A stretch of 64,000 nt of DNA from Octopus vulgaris (GCA_951406725.2 OX597838.1:28954001-29018000), one strand, 5' to 3'. Shown: positions 43,891 to 58,795, counted from the stretch's first letter. Notes: generated by a model not told the origin, from the letters alone. Numbers and translations are program-made.

Positions 43891-44915
43891 CACATATACA
43901 CACACACGCACACACATACATACACACGCACACGCATACATTTGTCAATAGTTTGATAAGTGCAACCACTAAGGCACGTGCCTCCACATACATACATACA
44001 CACACACATATAAAAAAAGAGAGTGGGGAATATAACGGTACCTTGTTGTACACACGATGCTACTTGAAACCTAAACGTATTGAACGCTTCACGTTTTCTG
44101 GTTGAAACCGGTCTTGTTTTGCCTTCTTGGTTTTTTTAAGGATAAATGATGTTGTCATTGTTGTAGTTGTTCAAATACTTTGTCATCCTCCTTTTTCTTT
44201 TTCTTCTTCTTCTTCTTCTTCTTCTTCTTCTTCTTCTTCTCTTCCTCCTCCTTTTCCATCTCCTCCTCCTCCTTATCGTCGTTGTCGCAGTCATCATCGT
44301 CATCCGCCTCCTCCTCCTCCTCCACCTCCTCCTCCTCCACCTCCTCCTCCTCCACCTCCTCCTCCTCCACCTCCTCCTCCTCCACCTCCTCCTCCTCCAC
44401 CTCCTCCTCCTCCACCTCCTCCTCCTCCTCTTAATCGTCGTTGTCGTCATCATCTTCCTCATCATCCTTTTGCTCTTCCTCTTCTTTATCGTTGTCGTCA
44501 TCATCTTCCTCATCCTTCTTTTCCTACTCCTCCTCCGCTTCGTCGTCGTCCTCCTTCCTCCTCCTCCTCCCCTTCCACTCCTCCACCTCCCCTTCCACTC
44601 CTCCCCTCATCTCCCCTCCTCCTCCTCCCTCTCATCGTTTTATTTGTCGTCGTTATTGTCGCTATTATCCTCATCGTCTTTGTTGTCGTCACGAGTATCA
44701 TCGTCCTCAACATGTAATGATCACCGTCACCGCCACGAGCAGCAGCACCATCACTACCGCCATCGAATTCACGTAATTATATTTACAACAACAACAACAA
44801 CAACAACAACAAAAACAACAACAACAATAATAATAATAATAATGATGATGATGATGATGATGATGTAACCATTTACCTTAGACATCAAAGAAATGTTTAC
44901 AGTAACTCTTGTGAG

Positions 44916-44976
<61 letters not shown>

Positions 44977-45025
44977 GTTGTTGTTGTTATTATTATTATT
45001 ATTATTATTATTGTTGTTGTTGTTG

Positions 45026-45066
<41 letters not shown>

Positions 45067-45073
45067 GTTGTTG

Positions 45074-45108
<35 letters not shown>

Positions 45109-45127
45109 GTTGTTGTTGTTGTTGTTG

Positions 45128-45188
<61 letters not shown>

Positions 45189-45440
45189 TCTCTCAAAGCC
45201 TATTGTTAACAGTTGCATTCATTCCTTGCTTTCGCTGCAGTTGAGTGCAGTGACACGCCACAACAACAACAACAACAACAGCAACAGAATCAGCCTTAAT
45301 TTAATTTTCTTCGAGTTGTTAAAAAGATGTTAAAAAGAAAATGGCGGCTGGAGCGCAAGAAGAAAACGGGGTGGGTGGGGGTGGAGAGGAAGAATAAGGA
45401 ATTAAAGTAAAAAAATAATAAATAATGATCAATGCTATGT

Positions 45441-45525
<85 letters not shown>

Positions 45526-45578
45526 GTTGCTGCTGCTGCTGCTACCACTACTACTGCTGCTGTTACACCACCACCACC

Positions 45579-45612
<34 letters not shown>

Positions 45613-45746
45613 TTATTACTGCTGCTGATGCTATCGCCACTGCCACCGCCGTCGCAGTCGCTACTGCTGCTACTACTACTAGTAAAAATATTATTGATGA
45701 TGGTGATGATAATGATTAGAATAATAACAACAACAACAACAACAAC

Positions 45747-45829
<83 letters not shown>

Positions 45830-46303
45830 TAATAACAACAACAACAACAACAGCAACAATGATAATAACAGGAGCACTTAGAGAGCTCAAACCTCCGTCA
45901 AGGCAACACAAATGTCCTCTCAATGATTAACCCAAAATGATTTTTAAAGTGAGAATATCTGAAATAAACTCGACTGCTCTCACAAACGAGAATACTAAAA
46001 ATGAACCCGATCACTCTCAAAAATTAAGTAAAAAAAATCAAGGAAAATAATCCAGAATCCTTATCCGGTACCAGATCAATTCCTAAATCTAATCAGCTCG
46101 TGCCAGTCACGAGGCCAAATATCCCTCAAAGTTTTATCCGAATCTATCCAGTGTTCTTGTACATGCTAAGATATGGAAACGCGTATACATACATACATAC
46201 ATACATACATACATACATACATGCATACATACATACATACATACATACATACATACATACATACATACATACATACATACATACATGCATACATACATAC
46301 ATA

Positions 46304-46334
<31 letters not shown>

Positions 46335-46352
46335 CATACATACATACATATA

Positions 46353-46570
46353 CCTTTTACCTTATACGTATTTCAGTCATTAGACAGCGGCCATGCTGTA
46401 GCAGTACTTTGTAGAATTTTCTTCAAACGAAGCGACCCCAGGACTTACTTTTTAAAGGCCTGGTACTTATTCTATCGGTCACTGATTTGCCGAACCGCCA
46501 TTTACGGGGATGTAAATTCACCAACATGGGCTGTCAAATGGTGGTGGTGGTGGTGGTGGTGGACACACAC
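46353..46570 (-). mobile_element. SINE family A, 3' half
   Basis: TTTCAGTCATTAGAC..GGCCATGCTG. Confidence 0.8.
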
Positions 46571-47207
46571 GGACACAAACACACACATACACATACACAC
46601 ACAAACGCACAAACGCATACACGCACACACGCACACACGCACGCATATGTACATAATATTGTGTATTATCGAATGAGTAATCAACGGATTGATTGGGTGA
46701 TTTTTGACTAAGATATTGGTTAGTTTATATAATATTTCATCGATTCTTTGATTGTGGCCATAACTCCGCATTTATCGCCAGTCCATTAGCTGATGAAAAG
46801 CTCTGATGATACAAACCCAGCCCAGTCTTCCATTAACCGACCGACGATGTGCCCCGTCTTTAAGCTCGCCGCTACGTTATCATTTTATAGCATCGCTCTT
46901 TTCTCAGTGGATCCGTAAATTAGCTGCAAAGGTTTTATAGCATAAAGACTACATCGGGTTTATTAAGAGATTTTCGCTTATATCTTTCTTCCATAGTTAT
47001 TGGTCAATCATACTGTGGTCGGTTAGGTATTAATAACTATGGCGTTTTGAAAGCCGTTATAGAGGCGTCTATTCTTCTTCTTCTTCTTCTTCTTCTTCTT
47101 CTTCTTCTTCTTCTTCTTCTTCTTCTTCTTCTTCTTCTTCTTCTTCTTCTTCTTCTTCTTCTTCTTCTTCTTCTTCTTCTTCAGGCCTTGTGCCTACAGC
47201 AGGAACG

Positions 47208-47279
<72 letters not shown>

Positions 47280-47301
47280 ATTATTATTATTATTATTATT
47301 A

Positions 47302-47366
<65 letters not shown>

Positions 47367-47432
47367 ATAATAATAATTATTATTATTATTATTATAATTA
47401 TTATTATTATCATTATTATTATTATTATTATT

Positions 47433-48289
47433 CAGTAGTTTTATTTTTATAGCGTGCTTTCACTTCACTACCGAGCGCAGCTCTGTGTGCCTTGGGTATG
47501 TGCTGTGATTTGTTGTGATGCTCTGATGGTTATTGTATGGAAAGTGTTCTGCGTAGGATGTGTGCAGTGCCTAGTAGTGCAATTTTCTGTATGTTATATG
47601 TGTTTGTAAGTCCTGGTGTTTTTGTTATGTATTTGTCTGAATATTTTTTTATCATGCCTTAATGCACCTACTATGATAGGAATTGTGTCTGTTTTCAGAT
47701 TCCACATTCTAGTTACCTCTATTTCCAGGTCTTTGTATTTTGAGAGTTTCTCCATTTCTTTTAGAGGCACGTTGTCATCTGCCGGTATTGATTCATCAAT
47801 TAGAAAGCATTTTTTTTCTTCATGATCTCTGACAGCTATATCTGGTCTGTTGGCCTTAATTTCTCTATCTGTGTGTATCGGCATATCCCAGAGTATGGTT
47901 GCTTTCTCGTTTTCTGTGACCTTTTCTGGTGTGTGCCTATACCATCTTTTTTCTGTTGTTATTCCATAATGTTGGCATAGCTTCCAATGTATGTAGGTTC
48001 CAACTCTGTCATGTCTGTGAATATATTCCTTCTTAGCCAGGACTGGGCAGCTAGAGATAATATGATTTATTGTTTCTTGTCCATCTCCACATATTCTGCA
48101 GTTACTTGTAATATTTCTTTTCATTACATGTTTTTGGTAATTTCTGGTGGGGAGGCTTTGGTCTTGTGCTGCAATTAAGAATCCCTCTGTTTCTGCTTTG
48201 AGTCCTGAGCTTCTCAACCATTGCTGGGATTTTTCTTTGTCTATTTATTTTGCGTTTAGTTTAGTGCAGTATTTACCATGAAGGGGCTT
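47433..48289 (-). mobile_element. Dong/R4-clade LINE 3' fragment (CCHC zinc knuckle + PD-(D/E)xK RLE endonuclease)
   Basis: KPLHGKY..WLRSSGLKAETEG, CRIC..ETINHIISSC, RHD, RPDI, LID..KLSKY; (TAA)n-type arrays on both sides. Confidence 0.93.
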
Positions 48290-48295
48290 ATTATT

Positions 48296-48390
<95 letters not shown>

Positions 48391-48401
48391 CATTATTATT
48401 A

Positions 48402-48457
<56 letters not shown>

Positions 48458-48628
48458 ATAATAATAATTATTATTATTATCATTATTATTATTATCATTA
48501 TTATTATCATTATTATTATTATTATTATTATCATTATTATTATCATTATTATTATTATTATAATAATAATAATAATAATAATTATTATTATTATTATTAT
48601 TATTATTATCATTATTATTATTATTATT

Positions 48629-48699
<71 letters not shown>

Positions 48700-48731
48700 C
48701 ATCATCATCATCATCATCATCATCATTATTA

Positions 48732-48827
<96 letters not shown>

Positions 48828-49378
48828 TCTTTCCCTTTTATTCAGAATATTTGCGCCATTTTGCTCTTTGTACGATTTTTATGTTTGTAATTGATCTTAA
48901 AACAAGCTGCAGCCGTTCAACATGGCGTCAGTCACTTCCTGTCGATTTCACACACACACACACACAAACACGCACACACTCGACATTAAGCTATTTATAT
49001 TCACTTTAGTTTATTGTCCGCTACACCCGACTGAGGCAATATCAAATTTAAATAACTATCTCTGAATCACCGAATTAATGTACACCGTTGATATACCAGT
49101 TGCTGTGGTAATCGACTTGAGATAATACCTCTTATGAACGTGCTGTGTTAAAAATAAAATATATATCGGAGGGAGACGAAATACTGCCTCAGCGGTGGCT
49201 AACGAATATTTCAATGCTTCCTGTATTCACAGTTATCAAAAAATAACAGAGAGACTTTACTGGAAGGTGAAGTGTCAAGGGGTGTTTGTTTGAAGTATTG
49301 GAAGTTCATTGTATTTATTTTCACTTTGAATAAAACAACGGTATACATGCGAGTATTTCGTTAACTATCTGTTCATTT

Positions 49379-49462
<84 letters not shown>

Positions 49463-49620
49463 CCTACCTACCTACCTACCTACCTACCTACCTACCTACC
49501 TATCTATCTATCTATCTATCTATCTATTTATCTATCTATCTATCAATATATATATATACACACACACAGAGGACGGGCTTCTTTCAGTTTCCGTCTACCA
49601 AATCCACACACAAGGCGAAG

Positions 49621-49767
49621 AGAATGGAAATAAGTAACAAGGATGTCCAGGTATCAATACATTACGGCCGTTTCAAGCGGCTCCATTCCATTTTCATTGA
49701 TCGAATTAAAGGAGCCACTCGAAACGGCCGTAATGTATTGAAACTTGAACATCCTTGTTACTTATTT

Positions 49768-49774
<7 letters not shown>
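49621..49774. repeat. Inverted repeat, 64-bp arms (58/64 matched), 26-nt spacer
   Basis: 49621-49684 versus the reverse complement of 49711-49774. Confidence 0.92.
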
Positions 49775-49848
<74 letters not shown>

Positions 49849-49899
49849 ATATATACAAATATATATCTATGTATGTATATACATTTATGTATGTATGCA

Positions 49900-49932
<33 letters not shown>

Positions 49933-50056
49933 CTGAAGTTTTGTGTCTGATGATAGGTTACGTGAAACTGCGTATTAGTTCGGAACGGCTTCAGATTCAA
50001 TATGTATGTATGTATGCACGCATGTATGTACACACGTAAATTTTATATGCATGTAT

Positions 50057-50099
<43 letters not shown>

Positions 50100-50116
50100 G
50101 GTATATGCATGCATAC

Positions 50117-50194
<78 letters not shown>

Positions 50195-50358
50195 GTGAGT
50201 GTGCGTGTGTGTGTTTATAGAATTTGCTTTGTGATCTGAGAAACATATGTTTCTTAAATAGGTTTGGCAAAAATCAGTTACCTTCTGTCTGGTCTGGATA
50301 ATACGCCTCCATTCTCGCTAATATAATTATGTAAACAACACCACACACAAATGGACAG

Positions 50359-50389
<31 letters not shown>

Positions 50390-50472
50390 TACATACATAC
50401 ATACACACATACATACATACATACATACATACATACATACATACATACACACATACATACATACATACATGT

Positions 50473-50533
<61 letters not shown>

Positions 50534-50759
50534 CATGTGTGTATATATGTGCATAAATAGTTTTATGTGTGTGTATGTAGATTTATATATATGTTATAAG
50601 TATACGTCAGTGCGCGTGCGAACCGGAGGTACAAGACAATGATTACTCATTTGTACATGCTTATATTCTACACACGCACCCACACGCAAACACACACATA
50701 CACACACACATTATATACATGCATACATACATACATACATACATACATACATACATACA

Positions 50760-50792
<33 letters not shown>

Positions 50793-51100
50793 GTATAAGC
50801 GTATGTGTGTGTGTGTGTATATATATTTATATACACACGCAGCCACACGCACACACACACATACATACACATTATACACATTATATACATACATACATAC
50901 ATATATGTATAAGCGTATGTGTGTGTGTGTGTATATATATATTTATATACACACACACACTCACACACATACTCACTCGCACTCACACACTCAAACACAT
51001 ACGCACACACACATACACACACACACACGCATGCACACATATATACATAGACGCACATGTTATATATGCAAAAAATATGTATGGACTATATAAGTATATT

Positions 51101-51131
<31 letters not shown>

Positions 51132-52229
51132 GCCTATATATGTGTGTGTGTGTGTGTGTGAGTGTATTGTGTGTATGTGTGAGCATCTATGTATGTATAT
51201 GAGTGCATATGTATATATATATATACATGTATACGCAGACGTACGCATACCCACACAGCCTGTCTATGTTAAAGGCACCCTCATAAATAATATAAACAAA
51301 GCTTCTGATTTAGGAAACAAGCCTGCCGTCCATTTTTATCTTCCCAACTATCTCTATCGTCTGCAACTTTCCATTTCAGCAGAGCAGACGACACTGTTTG
51401 TTTCTTTATATTTCATACACTCCCCACTCCACGTTTGCTTTTACATCCTTTTCGTTTTCCTCTCTCTCTTTCTGTTTCTCACTTAATCCAAAGATTTCTC
51501 TTTCTTTTCCAACTCCCGTCTTTCACCCATTATCTCTTTCACCCATTATCTTCTTCAATTTCTTTCCATATATATTCCCTCTCTCTCTCTGTCTCTGTCT
51601 GTCTCTCTCTCTGTATCTCTCTTCTGCTTACTTAAGGCACTTACCATGAGTTTTTGAAATATATATTTCTTTACTCGTTTTGTTTTGCTCTTTTGTTTCG
51701 TAACATCTTTTCCATTTCTATTTGTCTACCTTTCTTCTTCCATCTCTTAACGCACTTCTTTCTCTCTTCTGTTTCAATCAACTTCACAAGACCTGTTGCT
51801 GCACCTATATAACACACATGCATCCATCCATTCCTACCCTCTCTCTTAGCGTTTCTACTTCTTCTATAACTCCGTTCATCTCTCCACTTACCCTTTCATT
51901 TGTCTTCGCGCCCTCGTATCACGTCTCTCTCCTCTTCCAGTTTCTCTCATCGCTTCGTTTACGTTCTCTCTTCACCTGCCTCCTCTCCAACGTGAAATGG
52001 TGAGATAACAAGAACTCTTGTGGCGGATCCCGCCCTTTTCACTGGCTATCTAACTAACAATGCCTGCATCATCCACAACAACGAGAACAATTTCGCAATC
52101 AAGGCTGTGGTAATGATAACCGTGGCAGATGAGCGTTGCATGGCAATACCACCACAAACACACATACACGCACGCACACACACACGCACGCACACAATAC
52201 ACATGTATGTATATATTCTTTATTGTGTG

Positions 52230-52291
<62 letters not shown>

Positions 52292-52294
52292 TAT

Positions 52295-52327
<33 letters not shown>

Positions 52328-52409
52328 TACATACATACATACGTACATATATATATATACATACATACAAACATACATATATACATACATACATACATAC
52401 ATACATACA

Positions 52410-52496
<87 letters not shown>

Positions 52497-52498
<2 letters not shown>

Positions 52499-52672
52499 CT
52501 AATCCAAACAAGAAAACACAGAAAAAAACACAGCAACGCGAGGACGTGGAACAATTAAAGTATTATTTGACGCTCAAGAAAGAAGGGAAGGAGGGTCCAA
52601 CGTTTCGAGCGGAGCTCTTCGTCGGAAACAAGGAGAAGGAAAGATCCCGAGAAGGGAAGACAGAGGAAAAAA
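52497..52672 (-). mobile_element. Hammerhead-bearing Penelope-like short element
   Basis: GTTT-CCGACGA-A-GAGC-TCC-GCTC-GAAAC-GTT-GGAC at 52595-52629; inverted tail copy at 52875-52963; ends at (TA)n. Confidence 0.7.
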
Positions 52673-52774
52673 ATATTTTTGCTAGTGGTGCTCAAGAGAT
52701 CACATGTTGAAAGAACAGAAGTTGAGAGGTAGACGAATCATGATTTTTAAAAACAAGAGAGTTTCAAAGACAAG

Positions 52775-52874
<100 letters not shown>

Positions 52875-52961
52875 CTTCTTCCCTTCTTTCCTGAGCGTCC
52901 AATAATACTTTATTTGTTCCACATCCTTGGGTTGTTGTTTTTTGTTTTCTTGTTTGGATTA

Positions 52962-53037
<76 letters not shown>

Positions 53038-53108
53038 AGGATTTTTTTGCGTAATAAGATAATAAAAAACCCAGGCTCTATAGATATTAGAGCATTTATA
53101 GATAGAAG

Positions 53109-53163
53109 GTCTTACAGCTGTTTCTAGAATATTAATTGATAATAATATCCCTTCATCGGAGAC
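53109..53163 (-). ncRNA. Minimal type-I hammerhead fold with palindromic stem III
   Basis: GTCT-CCGATGA-A-GGGATATTA..TAATATTCT-A-GAAAC-AGCT-GTA-AGAC. Confidence 0.7.
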
Positions 53164-53282
53164 GGTGTGAGAGGAAAAATTAAGTCATAGTTAGTTTCGA
53201 TGTGATACAAATAGAGAGTGATGTGGAGGAAAGAAAATAGATGTAAGATATGTATAGCTATTGAATTTGTACATAGATATAC

Positions 53283-53320
<38 letters not shown>

Positions 53321-53355
53321 AAAAAAAACATACATACGTACGTACATACATACAT

Positions 53356-53427
<72 letters not shown>

Positions 53428-53431
<4 letters not shown>

Positions 53432-54011
53432 TGTTGTATTTAGGAATGGTCATTCTGCCAGTTTAGCCAATAAAAACACACGCACTATATATTTGGTGTT
53501 ACTTTGCTTCAGCGTTATTTATTTTTTACATTAATCTTAATCGTATTTCGGCCAGAGTTCTTTCGTCACCCTTCTGTGACCTCATCAGTGGTCCTTTGCT
53601 TTCGTCTTTCTTATTTGTGTGTCTCTCCTTACTAACGGTCAGCCATTTTGTATTTCTATTGTATGTGTCTTCATTTGCACATGCGTATACTTCTATGTGT
53701 GTCTATGTTTAGTTAGTGTGTGTGTGTGTGTGTGGGGGGGAAGTGTCTGTAATATTTGTATCTCCTGTTTATATACGTTCGTGTAATTTCTTTAACTGAC
53801 CGTTCGTAAGGAGAGACACACAAATAAGAAAGAAGAAAGCAAAGGACCACTGATGAGGTCACATAAGTGTAACGAAAGAACTCTGACCGAAATAAGATTA
53901 AGATTAATGTAAAAAAAAAAATAACGCTGAAGCAAAGTAACACCAAATATATAGTCTGTGTGTTTTTATTGGCTAAACTGGCAAAATGACCATTCCTAAA
54001 TACAACAATAT
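53428..54011. mobile_element. Inverted pair of ~215-bp hammerhead-containing elements
   Basis: Arms 53428-53642 and 53796-54011; CCA-CTGATGA-G-GTCAC..GTGAC-GAAA-GAACTC-TGG at 53550-53594 (-) and a degraded copy at 53844-53888 (+). Confidence 0.85.
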
Positions 54012-54063
54012 CTGTTTCAACACACGATTTCACATCAAAAATCTTGCCAAACAAATATATATG

Positions 54064-54152
<89 letters not shown>

Positions 54153-54218
54153 GTCTGCATATATCTGTGTGTGGTTATATATGTATATATATATATATGC
54201 ATATATCTGTATACACAG

Positions 54219-54249
<31 letters not shown>

Positions 54250-54305
54250 CATACGTATGTACATACATCAGTTTATCTGTCTGTACATCTATCTATCTAT
54301 TTATC

Positions 54306-54355
<50 letters not shown>

Positions 54356-54423
54356 AACAAGTAAAAGAATATACATATATATATATACATACGTATGTAC
54401 ATACATCAGTTTATTTATATGTA

Positions 54424-54492
<69 letters not shown>

Positions 54493-54577
54493 GTCTATCT
54501 ATCTATCTATCTATCTATCTCACTATCTCTCTGTCTATCTATCTATCTATCTCACTATCTCTCTGTCTCTCTGTCTG

Positions 54578-54658
<81 letters not shown>

Positions 54659-54881
54659 TTAAACATATTCCTACATTCGTATACACATGACACACACGTG
54701 TATGTCTTTTCTGTGTATTTCAAGATACATCTGGTACAATATATTTATTTGAATCAAAATGGATGAGTCTTTCTACTCCGAGTTTCCTGTTCCTGTTACG
54801 TCTCCACTTTGAGAAATATCAAAGAGAAAAACAAAACTTGAAAAGAGCTTTCAGTTCGCACACACACACACACAACGCACG

Positions 54882-54981
<100 letters not shown>

Positions 54982-54995
54982 TGCATGCATATATA

Positions 54996-55169
54996 TTTTT
55001 ACCTTTTATCCTTTACTTGTTTCAATCATTAGACTGCGGCCATGCTGGGGCACCGCTTCAAAGAGTTCTTAGTACAATGAATCAACGACAACACTTTTTT
55101 TTTTGTATCGTTCGCTTTTGCTGAAGCGCTAAATTACGAGAACATAAACAAGCTAACACCGGTTGTCTT

Positions 55170-55217
<48 letters not shown>

Positions 55218-55420
55218 TGTGTCTGTGTTTGTCACCCCTCCATCGCTTGACAACCGATGTTGGCGTGTTTACGTCCCCGTCACTAAACAGTTCGGCACAA
55301 GACACCGGTGGAATAAATGCTAGGCTTACAGCGAATGAGTCCTGGAGTCGATTCGTTCGACTAAAGGCGGTGCTCCAGCATGGCCGTAGTGAAATGACTG
55401 AAACAAGTGAAAGATTAAAA
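54996..55420. mobile_element. Two SINE A 3' halves in opposite orientation
   Basis: Minus copy about 54996-55165; plus copy about 55180-55420. Confidence 0.8.
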
Positions 55421-55448
55421 TAAAAAAAAGTATAAAAATAATACCAAA

Positions 55449-55867
55449 GGCGCAGGAGTGGCTGTGTGGTAAGTAGCTTGTTTGCCAACCACATGGTTCC
55501 GGGTTCAGTCCCACTGCGTGGCACCTTGGGCAAGTGTCTTCTACTATAGCCTCGGGCCGACCAAAGCCTTGTGAGTGGATTTGGTAGACGGAAACTGAAA
55601 GAAGCCCGTTGTATATATGTATATGTATATGTATATATATGCGTGTGTGTGTTTGTGTGTCTGTGTTTGTCCCCCTATCATTGCTTGACAACCGATGCTG
55701 GTGTGTTTATGTCCCCGTTACTTAGCGGTTCGGCAAAAGAGACCGATAGAATAATTACTGGGCTTACAAAAGAATAAGTCCCGGGGTCGAGTTGCTCGAT
55801 TAAAGGCGGTGCTCCAGCATGGCCGCAGTCAAATGACTGAAACAAGTAAAAGAGTAAAGAGAGTAAA
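55449..55867 (+). mobile_element. SINE family A, full copy
   Basis: GGCGCAGGAGTGGCTGTGTGG...CTGAAACAAGTAAAAGAG. Confidence 0.93.
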
Positions 55868-56013
55868 TTCAGAATCGTCAGACAACAGAAGACTAGACAC
55901 AGACACCAGTATTGTGTGCCTCTTTTATGATATCAAAAGTACACGTCCGTCCTTAATTGGCTCGTCAGTCGGTCAGGTGAAGTTACATGTTTACTTGCAG
56001 TATACCAATAACG

Positions 56014-56471
56014 TGAAGGCTCATAGCTCAGTGGTGAGACGTCGGCCTCACAGTCATGACGTAGTGAGTTCAATTCTCGGATTGGGTTGTGAATTATGCT
56101 CCTATTGTGAATTGTGTGCGGCGAGCTGGCAGAAACGTTAGCACGTCGGGCGAAATGCGTAGCCGTATTTCGTCTGCCGTTACGTTCTGGGTTCAAATTC
56201 CGCCGAGGTCGATTTTACCTTTCATCCTTTCGGGGCCGATTAAATAAGTACCAGTTACGCACTGGGGTCGATGTAATCGACTTAATCCGTTTGTCTGTCC
56301 TTGTTTGTCCTCTCTGTGTTTAGCCCCTTGTGAGTAGTATAGAAATTGTGAATTGTGTTCCTAAGGAAAACACTTTATTTTACGTTGCTCCAGTTCACTC
56401 AGCTGTAGAAATGAGTTGTGGTGTCACTGATGCCAAGCTGTATCGGCCTCTTTGCCTTTCCCTTGGATAGC

Positions 56472-56472
<1 letters not shown>
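56014..56472 (+). mobile_element. SINE family C interrupted by a family B copy (56118-56344)
   Basis: 14-bp TSD ATTGTGAATTGTGT at 56104-56117 and 56345-56358. Confidence 0.88.
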
Positions 56473-56505
<33 letters not shown>

Positions 56506-56555
56506 TCCTGTAGTTTCAGCTCAGAGCTGCGGCCATCCTGATGCACCGTCGTTAG

Positions 56556-56605
56556 AAAAATATGGAACGCTTCACGAATTTGGGTGTCATCCATGCGCAG
56601 GGACC

Positions 56606-56638
<33 letters not shown>

Positions 56639-56656
56639 AATATGTACCGCCGAAGC
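56556..56656 (-). pseudogene. U6: U6 snRNA retrocopy, lacking the first few nt
   Basis: GCTTCGGCGGTACATATTCTAAAATTGGAACGATACAGAGAAGATTAGCATGGTCCCTGCGCATGGATGACACCCAAATTCGTGAAGCGTTCCATATTTTT; ACAGAGA box and AGC triad present; upstream is (TA)n, with no promoter. Confidence 0.95.
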
Positions 56657-56665
56657 TATATATAT

Positions 56666-56779
<114 letters not shown>

Positions 56780-56827
56780 GTATATATATATATATGTGCG
56801 TATGTATATATATATACACATATATAC

Positions 56828-57030
56828 ATGTGTGTGTTTGTCTCCCCACAGTCGTTTGACAACCGATGCTGGTCTGTTTACGTCCCCGTAACTTAGCGGT
56901 TCGGCTGAAGAGACCGATAGTACAAGGCTTACAAAGAATAAGTCCATTGTCGATTTCTTCCACTAAAACCCTGTAGGGCGATGTTCCAGCATGGCTGCAA
57001 GACAAATGACTAAAATAAGTAAAAGAGTAA
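56828..57030 (+). mobile_element. SINE family A, 3' half
   Basis: TTGACAACCGATGCTGG..CAGCATGGCTGC. Confidence 0.82.
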
Positions 57031-57411
57031 ACGTATTCCAAGCGTGACCATCCTGTCTGTTTAGTATAATTCAGGACTACGCTATCCAGTTTCTTAACAC
57101 ATGTGACTTCCTTGTGTGTGAGTGCGTGTGATTTGAGGAGCACTATTGGTCTGCTATGTCTAGCAGTTCGGTCAACGACGCAGAGGCTCCCTCATCGGTT
57201 TACTGCTGCAGCTGCTGCTGGTGTGTTAACGGCTGCTGCTGCTGCTGCTGCTGCTGTTATATATATATACACCACTGCTACCTGTTGGTTCTTGTTAAAC
57301 TCCGTCAGCAGTAACAGAGACGGCAGTAAGCATGTGCAGTGACTGCAGCTATAGCAGCAGCAGCAGCAGCAGCAGCGGCAGAAACTGCAGCAACATCAGC
57401 GGCAACAATGT

Positions 57412-57845
57412 GTCGCCACCACCGCCATCACCACTACGAACACCACCACCACCACCACCACCACCACCACCACCACCACCACCACCACTACACTCTGCTT
57501 CCTCCACCGCCATCGCCACCACCACCACTACACTCTGCTTCCTCCACCGCCATCGCCACCACCACCACCACCACCACCACCACCACCACCACCACCACCA
57601 CCACTACACTCTGCTTCCTCCACCGCCATCGCCACCACCACCACCACCACCACCACCACCACCACCACCACCACCACCACCACCACTACACTCTGCTTCC
57701 TCCACCGCCATCGCCACCACCACCACCACCACCACCACCACCACCACCACCACTACACTCTGCTTCCTCCACCGCCATCGCCACCACCACCACCACCACC
57801 ACCACCACCACCACCACCACCACCACCACCACCACCACCACAACC
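57412..57845. repeat. Minisatellite ACTACACTCTGCTTCCTCCACCGCCATCG + variable (CCA)n
   Basis: Five constant blocks separated by (ACC)n of differing length. Confidence 0.9.
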
Positions 57846-58356
57846 ACCACCACCAGCACCAAGAGACAAGGTGCTACAGAACCGCCACTTCCACCACCAC
57901 AACCACCATCACCACAACCATCATAACCACCAGTACCACCAACACCGCCAGCATGATCCTCATCATCACCACAACAACCATCACCGACACTTTTGCAACC
58001 ACTACCACTACCGCCACCACCACCACCACCACCACCACCACCACTACCACCACCACCACCAGAATAATAACAACTTTAGAAACCAGCAAGCGAGCTACCA
58101 TTTGCATGGTTGCCTCACAATCCCACCGACCTGTCAGAAATAGTAACCAAATCTCTCTCAAATCACACACCGTACAATTGTTTTGTGGAAGGCCGGAAGC
58201 ACATATCAGATAATGTAGACTTACTCTGCCTCACCCTCTCCCCTCCTCCCTTCTCTCACGCATCAATATACATATATATACACACACACACACAAACATA
58301 TAAAACACCTTGATATCCTCTTCTCTCTCTCACACACACACGCTCACGCTTATGTA

Positions 58357-58434
<78 letters not shown>

Positions 58435-58539
58435 GACAAATATATGGGCATATGCATATATACATATTTATGTATATATATATATGTATATGTGTATATA
58501 TGTGTATACTATATATATATATATATATAGATACATGTG

Positions 58540-58572
<33 letters not shown>

Positions 58573-58669
58573 AATATATGGGCATATACATATATACATA
58601 TTTATGTATATATATATATACATGTGTATACTATATATATACTATACATATATATATAGATACATGTGC

Positions 58670-58705
<36 letters not shown>

Positions 58706-58763
58706 AATATATATGGCATATAACATATATATGTATATATATATGTACATGTGTATATATGTG

Positions 58764-58795
<32 letters not shown>

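Noticed and set aside
43970-43980. TAAGGCACG match to the miR-124 5' end
   Set aside because: Only 9 nt match and no precursor hairpin.
56556-56656. Functional U6 gene
   Set aside because: 5' stem truncated, upstream is microsatellite without a recognisable PSE, several substitutions versus canonical U6, and a retroposon tail is attached.
57412-57845. CRISPR-like constant repeats
   Set aside because: The spacers are just (ACC)n.
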